DNA of 64,000 nt. Source: Opitutaceae bacterium. GTDB lineage: Bacteria > Verrucomicrobiota > Verrucomicrobiia > Opitutales > Opitutaceae. Positions 1-7,271 of the stretch are shown here, one piece after another. Positions within the stretch are counted from its first letter, which is position 1, and every line of letters begins with the position of its first letter. The notes under the pieces are model-generated. The model searched no databases. It had not been told where the DNA came from and saw only the letters and a list, made by a program, of their open reading frames with translations. The position numbers and the translations under genes were made by a program. The stretch lies in assembly GCA_040397825.1 (NCBI GenBank), contig JBBAVH010000025.1, forward strand, positions 6,633 to 70,632. Direction: 5' to 3'.

Positions 1-201
1 GGTCGTGAAGATTATCGTGTCCTCGGCGCTTTTGAACCGCGTTTCCACCCGGGTGAAGGCGGAAACCAGCTCGCGCGGGATGACGTAACTCACGACGGCG
101 TCGCCGGCGCGGTACTCATGGGGTCCGGCAAACTCGCCCGCGGCCGATCGGACGGTGGTCAGTGAGACGAGGCCGGCGAGGAGCAGGGAGCGCCCTTTCA
201 T
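1..201 (-). CDS. Putative immunity protein of the Rhs toxin, exported; truncated by the window edge
   Basis: Not in the ORF track. ATG at 201-199 overlaps the Rhs TGA (198-200). My translation is open to base 1: MKGRSLLLAGLVSLTTVRSAAGEFAGPHEYRAGDAVVSYVIPRELVSAFTRVETRFKSAEDTIIFTT, starting with a signal-peptide-like segment. Immunity role is inferred from position. Confidence 0.7.
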   Translation of the reverse strand, partial: MKGRSLLLAGLVSLTTVRSAAGEFAGPHEYRAGDAVVSYVIPRELVSAFTRVETRFKSAEDTIIFTT

Positions 202-3200
202 CGATAGGTATGGTTGAAGACCTTCCAGATGCCGTCGTGCCACGTGTGGGGACTGAGCCGCTCCATGCCCGCGGGCGCAAGCAGCAGCGGAGAGGCGAGC
301 AGTGAGGTCAGGAAACGGTGCGGCGCAAAGATAGCGTTCAGTCCGACGATGTTCGGCACGGCGTCGAAGCCGTTGATGGTCCAGCCGGCCCAGCGTGCGC
401 CCGCGGATCCAACGATGGCCCGTGAGGTCGCGAGGTGGGTGGCGCCGCCGTAGCCGAAGATGCCAAGCCCGGAGACCTGGCCACCTGCCTCGGCCAAGGT
501 CCGCAGGGCATTCATTCCGATCTGCGCGCCCTGGCTGTGCAGGTATAAGGACGACGTCGGCGCGTCGATCTGGCTGAGGACGCCGGCGAGGTCGCGGCCG
601 AGGCTGGAGGTGCCGGTGAGTTTGCCGAGGGCGGTCTCGATCATGTCGGCGAGCGCGCCGCGGGTTGGGTTGTGGGCCAGAATGAAGGACTGGCGGTCGT
701 AATGGTTAAGCCCGTTGGCCACGCCCCGCTCGAGGTTGTTGAGAATGCCGTTTTCAAAGATCCGCACCGAGCCCTCGATTTCCTCGCGGGCAAGGCGCGT
801 CACGCTTTGTCGCATCTGGTTTCCCGAGCCCGGCTCCACCCGGTAAAATTGATGGGTATCATGCTTCCATGCGTCGATGCCATCGATGACTTGCGAGACG
901 GTGTAGGCGACGGCGGCGCCGGTGACCGCTCCGCGGAGACCGGCTTTGAGGGCGTCCGACGTGCCGGCCCCGCTGAGTCGCGCGCCGGTGAACGAGGATC
1001 CGAAGCCGAAGCCGCCGCCGGCCACGCTGGCCCAGACGGGTCCCCAGCCGCTGGCGAGGCCGACGGAACTGAGCATGCCCCCGAAGGTGGCCGCGCCGGC
1101 TCCGCCAGTCGCGAGCGCGTAGGCATACATCGCGGTGCCGGCCGTCAGTACGCCCGCGCCGATCGCGAGGAGTGGTCTCCATGCCTTCTTGAGGAAGCCC
1201 TTCAGCGAAAGTTGTCCGAGGTAGTCCCAGCGGTTGATGCCGTCGTTGCCGCAGAAGCCGTACAAGTTGAGCCCGCCCTGCTCCTCGATTGGGTCGCGGC
1301 TGATGAATCGTCCCTCGCGGGGAGAGTAATAGCGGTAGCCGTAATAAAGCAGTCCGGTCTCCTGATCCTGCCACTTCGTCGAGAAACGCAGCGGGTTGGC
1401 GGCGGCGTAGGGGCCGGCCGCGCGGAGCAGTTCGCCGAACGGCGAATACTCGTAGGACGCCTCGATCGCGCCGGTGTCGGCGTTGAGGAGCGCGGTGACG
1501 TTGCCGTTGCCGTCGAACGCCGGGAGCAGGGTCTTGCCCGCATCGGCGTCGTGGATCTGCAGCAGGCCGCCGACGCCGCCCGCCGAGCCTACGCCGCCGT
1601 TGAGGTCGAGTCCCCACGCGAACGTGCGGCGGATCGCCGCGGCACTATCCAGTTCGGCGATTACGTTCCAGCCGTCGTAGAGATAGCGGCGTTCGCTCAC
1701 GAGCGTCGCGCCGTTCCGAACCTCCTTCCGCACGCGTCGACCAACGTGGTCGTACTGGAAGCTCAGCGTGAGCGCGGGTCGGCCGGCGGACACCGCGACG
1801 GCGGTGGCCGACATGCAAACGAGGCGGTTCTCGGCGTCCCACGTGTAGTCCCAGATGCCGTCCGACGTGAGGTTGCCATCCTCGTCGTAGCTGAAGGTCT
1901 GGACGGCGGGCGGCAGGAAGAACTCGCGTGACTCGCGGCGCACGAGGTCGGCGCCGCCCGGTCCGGCGCCCGGCAGGGCGGCGAACGCAGAGACGCTGCC
2001 GAGGAACGGCGCCGAAACGTTGTTCACCACGAGAGCGGTGCCCCAGTAGGAACCGGCGCGGCCCGCTTCGACCTGACCGCCCGCCGGAATCGGCGCTGGG
2101 GCTGAGACCGCCACGCGGATGCCCGGCGTGATTCCGACCGTGCCAGACACGTACAAGGCGTTGTTTTCCCGCTGGCGGAACCGGTTCAAGGCGTCGGCCG
2201 AGGAATCGTCACGCAGCACGGCATCGCCGCTGGCGTTGGCGGAGAGGCGATTGCCGGCCGCGTCGTGCAGGTAGTCGTACAATCGTCCCGCGAGCGGCTG
2301 GGCGGTCGAGGCGGGGTCGGCGCCCGCGTAGGCGTGGGCCGAGCGCAGTTCGCCACGGGTACCGTAGGTGAACCGCTGGTGTACGGGACCGAGGTCGGCG
2401 AACGCCTCTCCGCTTTGGACTGCGGTCTCCCGCAGGGCGACTGCGCCGTACTGGTAGGCGTGGCGCGCCTGCACGATACCGCTCCAAGTGGTCTCCACCG
2501 CAGTGGGAACATCGTGGATGGGATCGTGCGCGCGGGTCGTCGCCCAAGGTGAGCCCGCGGCCGTCACCGAGCGCACGAGTGTCGACGCGACGCCTGAGGG
2601 TGTAGGTTCGTATCCGAAGACGAACTGGCGGAAAGCCGTACCGTTGTTTCGGCGCAGCAACATGCCCGCGATCCGCCCGGTGTCAGCCGTCGCGCGGATA
2701 CTCTCGAGGTCATGCGAAGCGGCGGTCGGAGTCAGCCCCAGGCGGTACCCAGCCATCCGGCCCTTCACCGTCGCGAGGGTGTGACCCGCGAGGGCGGTCG
2801 CGTTGGCGGGTGTCCCCGTGGACTCCTCGTGGACGGGAGTCAGTCGCCGGGTGCCGTAGAATGCGGGCAGCACTTCGGCGGCGAGGCGCCAAGGGGCGGA
2901 CGGATCATACTCCAGCGTACGCGTGCCGGTCGCGTCTGCGATGGCGCGGGGTTGCCCTAGCCGCGTATAGCCCGCGGCGGCAAAATTGACGGAGGGCGTG
3001 CCGTCGCTGTGCACTACTGTGGCGGGTTCGCCCGTTCCCGCCACGTAGCCGTAGTTCGTCGTGACCGCGGCACCGTTGGCGCGCCGCGCGAGCGTCCGGC
3101 GGCTCACCTGGCCGCGTTCGTCGTAGGCGTATTCGGTAAACCTCCGCTCCGCGTCATACTTCCGAATGAGCAGACCGGTTGCGGGGTCGTATTCCCATTC

Positions 3201-6200
3201 GGTGGCCTGAGGCGTGAGACCGTCTCCCGGCCAAGAAACTGCTTCCCAGCGGGAGGTGGTATCCTCCCGGAACAGCAGCTGGTGGGTGCGCTGCCCGTAG
3301 CCGTCGTAAGCGTACGCCACCGGCGTCACGCCGGAGCCCCAGCGTCGCCACACCTCGCCTCGGAGCGTGTACGCGGTCCGGGCGGTGCGATCGCCGGCGT
3401 CGCGCGTGAAAACCACGCGGCCAAGCGCGTCGTGGACCTTCTTCTCGACGAGCCGTCCCATCGGATCGCGGACCTCGTCGGCCAGCGCAGTGCCCGGATG
3501 ATAGGTCGTCGCCCAGCGGCCCGAGCGCGGATCGGTGGACGATGAGAGTCGGCCGAGTGCGTCGTACGCGTAGCGCCGCGTGAGCACGTCGTGACCAGTC
3601 TCGCTGATCGTGAGACCGGCGAGCCGCACTTCGGTCGTGGGGCGTGTGAATCCCGGTGCGGTCACAGTCACCGTCACGCGGCGCGCGGCGGCGTCGACGG
3701 TCACCGTGCGCGTGGTGAGGTTGCCCTCGCGGTCCACACCGCGGGTCTCCTCCCGGAGAGTTGCTGAGAGTCCGGTGAGTCGCCGTCGCTCCGTCGCGAG
3801 GAGCACGCGCGCGTCGCTCCGATCGTGCGGAAACGTCCACCGGCGCGTCGTCAGCCAGAGAGCGCCGTCAGCGTTCTCGTGCAGCGTCTCGGTGTCGGTG
3901 ATCCGGTCCATCGACGCGGGGGTCAGCCCGTCGCCGTCGAGGTCGAGTCCTTCGCGCACTCTTTCTCCGGGGACGTCGTGCTGGGTGCGAAGCGTAGCGT
4001 ATCCGGTGCGTGCCCTCGTCGCGGGGAGGCCGGTCGTGGCATCGTAGGAATGCTCCTCCACCCGGGAGGGATTCGCTCCGAAACCCGGCTCCGCTCGCCT
4101 TACGGGACGACCGAGCCAGTCGGTCCAGGTCTCGCGGACGCGCGGGTCGGCCGCGGTGCGCAGGCGGACGGACGCGCGTGTGCGGCCGTCGGTGTCCACT
4201 GTGGTTTGGTTGAACTCCGCGACGACGGCCGTCCCGGTCACCGAGGCGATTCCTCCATCCCGGAAGCGCGCCTCGATGCGTGTACCGCCGTCGGGCAGCA
4301 CGGTGGTACGGGAACGCGCGCCTACGTCGTGGGCGTGCGTGGTGTCGCCGCGGCCGGGTGATGATTCCCGGATAAGGCGGCCCGCCGTGTCGTACGTCCA
4401 CGCGGTCACGAGTGATTCGCTTCCCGCCGTGACCGCACTTCGCCTGAGCTCACCGGCCGCGTCGTGGGAAAACTGGTTCGTGAGGGGCGCGAGCGTGACG
4501 CCGTCGGCGCTGGCTCCCTCCCGCACCGTGGTCGCGATGCGACCGAGCCCGTCATGGGTGTGCGTCAGCGTGGTCCCGAACTCATCGATGGTCGTGACGA
4601 TGCGGCCCGCGGCCCACGTGCGGTTGAGCACGGGCCAGGTGAGGCCGTCCGAGCCGCTGCGGCGGCGGGTGGCGCGGTGCAGCAGGGAGGCGGCGTAGTC
4701 CATGAATTCCTGCGTGACCACGGTCCAGGTGCCCGCGAGCACCTGCTGCTCGGACGCGAGCGGCAGGCCTTGTTCGCCGATGAGCAGCCGGTTGATCCGC
4801 GAGCGGCCGTCGAGCACTCGGAAGTTGGCTGGCAGCGGCTGGGCGGGTGTCGCGTAGGCCGGAGCGGGCGAGCCGGCGGTGGCGTCATGGGATCCCTGCA
4901 GGGTGACGTGCGCGCGGCCGGCCCCGCTCGAACCTGGCGAGAAGGGTGCGGTCTCCCCGTTGAAGGTCGCGGGGTGGTAGAGGTGCACCGTCATCGTGCG
5001 GTCGGGATTCTCCACCGAGCGCGGCAGCCCGGGGAAAAAGCGGAACTGGGGGTCGGCGTCCTCTCGGTAGGTGCGGAGGCGGGTGGTGAGGAAGCGGCCC
5101 TCCGCGAAGTAATCACGGCGCTCGGTGACGCGCACGGGAAGCACCGCGTCCGCCGGGTTCCGGTACGATGCGGATGCGTCGGTGACGAACTCTTCCGAAT
5201 AGGCGAACTCCGTGCGCGCGGTGACGATGCCACCCACCCGTGCCTCTATGCGCGTGGGGAGCACGCGGGTTCCCCAAGAGTCGGTGTACTCGTAGGCATA
5301 GCGGGTGACCTGGCCCGCGGTGGCGCCCGGACCGGGGTCGGACATAGGCGCATCGCCGTACGGCCGCCGCACTTCCCTGATGCGTCCGCGCGAGACGAAG
5401 TCGTCGGAGTAATCGAACGCGGCCCACGAGCCGTCCGATCCGGAAACGCCACGCACGCGGCGCCAATTGCCCGGCCGATCGAGGCTGGTGTGATACGCGT
5501 AGTCGGTGCGGACCGGCGCGTTACCGCCGTGGCCCTGAACCTCGTATTCGAGTTCGCGCCAGACCTCGGTGCCGAAGTTCACGTCCGCGTAGCGGCGGAA
5601 GGTGCTGCGAATGACTTGGCCGGACTCATCGAGGATCTCGAATAGCTCGTTGCGGTCGGCGTCGGTGTAGGTCCAGCGGTGGCGGACGGGGCTGGTGACG
5701 CTGGTCGCGCCGACAGGCTTTTCCACCCAGTCATCCACGACCCACTGCGAGCTACCGGCCGGCGCGGCAACCTGACGCGTGAGCTGCGTCCAGGAAGTAA
5801 GGGTGCCGTTCTGATTCGTGCGGCGCGTGATCCGCAGTGCCGTGAACGCGGGTGCGGAGGGATTCTCGATGATGAACTCATACAATGGTTCGCCGCTCAC
5901 GGTCCAGATCTGGTCCAGGCCCCGGGTTCCGACCTGCGTGCGTGGATAGAGCCGGATCGCGAAGCTCGAGGTGCTGAGGGAAACGACGTCGGCTAAAACG
6001 GCAGTGGCCATGACCTGCCGCAGCACGCCGCCCGTTTTCACGACGAACACTTCGCCGTCCTCGCCGAGGTAGGCGCCATCCTGACCTGCAGCGTCACGGT
6101 CGAAATAGAGGGCGCCGGGGCGGAAGGTGTCGGCAGTGAGGCCCTCGGACGCGAGGCGCAGGGAGCCGGCGGGCCGGCCGTTGCGCAGGTTGCCCAAGGC

Positions 6201-6719
6201 GACCGACCAAAGGGCGCGACCGGGCCGCAGCGACGTCGCCTGTCCGACGGGCCCGCCCCCGCCGTCATCCAGCCGCAGCGAGAAAAATCCCTGGCCCGGA
6301 AGGACGCCGCCGTCGCCGAGTGCCCAGTCGAACAACTCATGCTCGACGCCGTTGATGAACGCGCGGTGACCGGCCGGCGGCGTGACCCGCACGCGCAGCC
6401 GCGTAACCGCGTGGGAGGAGATTTCGAAAAGATAGGTCTTGCCCGGGCGCAGCCGCGCGAACCCGAGCGATGTGAAATGTTCCGCCCCGCGGTAATCGTC
6501 CCCGTAAGCCTCGCCCCAGTTTCCATCGACGCCGAGCGGCGTCACGCGGGCGTAGGCGGGATCGTCGGGATCGTTGGTCGCGACGGTCGTCACAAGGGCC
6601 TGGAAGTTCACCGGCACGGAGGGCGCCGGATCGCTGCCTTGGCCATGGGCGATGGTGAGCAGGAGCAACGCAGCGCCGAGGCGGGCTGCACGTGAGGGGA
6701 AAAGGAGTGCGGTCTTCAT
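198..6719 (-). CDS. Rhs/YD-repeat polymorphic toxin with signal peptide and C-terminal alpha/beta-hydrolase (lipase-like) domain
   Basis: 2173 aa. Many YD-type repeats and the Rhs core YYGYRYYSPREGRFISRDPIEEQGGLNLYGFCGNDGINRWDYLG (DYLG at 1215-1226). A Gly/Ala-rich hydrophobic segment follows, then HSQG (528-539), FDAV and SPH motifs. Confidence 0.95.
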   Translation of the reverse strand: MKTALLFPSRAARLGAALLLLTIAHGQGSDPAPSVPVNFQALVTTVATNDPDDPAYARVTPLGVDGNWGEAYGDDYRGAEHFTSLGFARLRPGKTYLFEISSHAVTRLRVRVTPPAGHRAFINGVEHELFDWALGDGGVLPGQGFFSLRLDDGGGGPVGQATSLRPGRALWSVALGNLRNGRPAGSLRLASEGLTADTFRPGALYFDRDAAGQDGAYLGEDGEVFVVKTGGVLRQVMATAVLADVVSLSTSSFAIRLYPRTQVGTRGLDQIWTVSGEPLYEFIIENPSAPAFTALRITRRTNQNGTLTSWTQLTRQVAAPAGSSQWVVDDWVEKPVGATSVTSPVRHRWTYTDADRNELFEILDESGQVIRSTFRRYADVNFGTEVWRELEYEVQGHGGNAPVRTDYAYHTSLDRPGNWRRVRGVSGSDGSWAAFDYSDDFVSRGRIREVRRPYGDAPMSDPGPGATAGQVTRYAYEYTDSWGTRVLPTRIEARVGGIVTARTEFAYSEEFVTDASASYRNPADAVLPVRVTERRDYFAEGRFLTTRLRTYREDADPQFRFFPGLPRSVENPDRTMTVHLYHPATFNGETAPFSPGSSGAGRAHVTLQGSHDATAGSPAPAYATPAQPLPANFRVLDGRSRINRLLIGEQGLPLASEQQVLAGTWTVVTQEFMDYAASLLHRATRRRSGSDGLTWPVLNRTWAAGRIVTTIDEFGTTLTHTHDGLGRIATTVREGASADGVTLAPLTNQFSHDAAGELRRSAVTAGSESLVTAWTYDTAGRLIRESSPGRGDTTHAHDVGARSRTTVLPDGGTRIEARFRDGGIASVTGTAVVAEFNQTTVDTDGRTRASVRLRTAADPRVRETWTDWLGRPVRRAEPGFGANPSRVEEHSYDATTGLPATRARTGYATLRTQHDVPGERVREGLDLDGDGLTPASMDRITDTETLHENADGALWLTTRRWTFPHDRSDARVLLATERRRLTGLSATLREETRGVDREGNLTTRTVTVDAAARRVTVTVTAPGFTRPTTEVRLAGLTISETGHDVLTRRYAYDALGRLSSSTDPRSGRWATTYHPGTALADEVRDPMGRLVEKKVHDALGRVVFTRDAGDRTARTAYTLRGEVWRRWGSGVTPVAYAYDGYGQRTHQLLFREDTTSRWEAVSWPGDGLTPQATEWEYDPATGLLIRKYDAERRFTEYAYDERGQVSRRTLARRANGAAVTTNYGYVAGTGEPATVVHSDGTPSVNFAAAGYTRLGQPRAIADATGTRTLEYDPSAPWRLAAEVLPAFYGTRRLTPVHEESTGTPANATALAGHTLATVKGRMAGYRLGLTPTAASHDLESIRATADTGRIAGMLLRRNNGTAFRQFVFGYEPTPSGVASTLVRSVTAAGSPWATTRAHDPIHDVPTAVETTWSGIVQARHAYQYGAVALRETAVQSGEAFADLGPVHQRFTYGTRGELRSAHAYAGADPASTAQPLAGRLYDYLHDAAGNRLSANASGDAVLRDDSSADALNRFRQRENNALYVSGTVGITPGIRVAVSAPAPIPAGGQVEAGRAGSYWGTALVVNNVSAPFLGSVSAFAALPGAGPGGADLVRRESREFFLPPAVQTFSYDEDGNLTSDGIWDYTWDAENRLVCMSATAVAVSAGRPALTLSFQYDHVGRRVRKEVRNGATLVSERRYLYDGWNVIAELDSAAAIRRTFAWGLDLNGGVGSAGGVGGLLQIHDADAGKTLLPAFDGNGNVTALLNADTGAIEASYEYSPFGELLRAAGPYAAANPLRFSTKWQDQETGLLYYGYRYYSPREGRFISRDPIEEQGGLNLYGFCGNDGINRWDYLGQLSLKGFLKKAWRPLLAIGAGVLTAGTAMYAYALATGGAGAATFGGMLSSVGLASGWGPVWASVAGGGFGFGSSFTGARLSGAGTSDALKAGLRGAVTGAAVAYTVSQVIDGIDAWKHDTHQFYRVEPGSGNQMRQSVTRLAREEIEGSVRIFENGILNNLERGVANGLNHYDRQSFILAHNPTRGALADMIETALGKLTGTSSLGRDLAGVLSQIDAPTSSLYLHSQGAQIGMNALRTLAEAGGQVSGLGIFGYGGATHLATSRAIVGSAGARWAGWTINGFDAVPNIVGLNAIFAPHRFLTSLLASPLLLAPAGMERLSPHTWHDGIWKVFNHTYR

Positions 6720-6722
6720 GGC

Positions 6723-7268
6723 TCAGGAGGTACGGCGGCGGAGGGATTCGTTTCCGTCGGCGAGGGCTTCGCCCTGCGCTTGGCGCCAAGCGAGGCGGTC
6801 GAGTCCGCGGCGGGCGGCGGCGGAGGTCGCGCCGGAGGCGAGGGCGGTTTGGTAGTGGCTGCGGGCGGCCTCGTGGTCGCCGAGCGTCACCTCGTTCAAC
6901 TCGCCGAGGACGAGTTCCGTCAGGGCGGTATCGCGGGCATTCAGCCGCGGGCGGCTGCGACGGCCCTCGGCCAAGGCGAGTGTGGCGGCCGAGCGTCCCA
7001 GCCCCGGTGACGTCGCCTCCCTTTCGCGGGCAAGGGAGCAGAGCGCGGCGATCACCTGCGCATCCTCGGAAGGTGCGAGGCGGCTGCGGCTGGCGGCGGC
7101 GCGCAGGGAGGCCAGCGCCTGCGCGGGGTTGCCGCTCGCCAGCGCGGCGGCGGCTTCGGTTTTCGCGCGGACGAGGGCGGCAGGCCGGGCGGCCGGGGCG
7201 GCCGGTGAATCGGAGAGAAGCGCGGCGAGCAGGAAGCCGGCCGCGAGGGGGCGGAACAAGGTGGGCAT
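6723..7268 (-). CDS. Exported TPR-like helical protein
   Basis: 181 aa with signal peptide MPTLFRPLAAGFLLAALLSDSPA. TPR-like segment LVLGELNEVTLGDHEAARSHYQTALASG. 3-nt gaps to both neighbours. Confidence 0.75.
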   Translation of the reverse strand: MPTLFRPLAAGFLLAALLSDSPAAPAARPAALVRAKTEAAAALASGNPAQALASLRAAASRSRLAPSEDAQVIAALCSLAREREATSPGLGRSAATLALAEGRRSRPRLNARDTALTELVLGELNEVTLGDHEAARSHYQTALASGATSAAARRGLDRLAWRQAQGEALADGNESLRRRTS

Positions 7269-7271
7269 GAC

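Noticed and set aside
672-1931. 419-aa plus-strand ORF and other ORFs opposite the Rhs gene
   Set aside because: Antisense shadows of a high-GC gene; no recognisable motifs.
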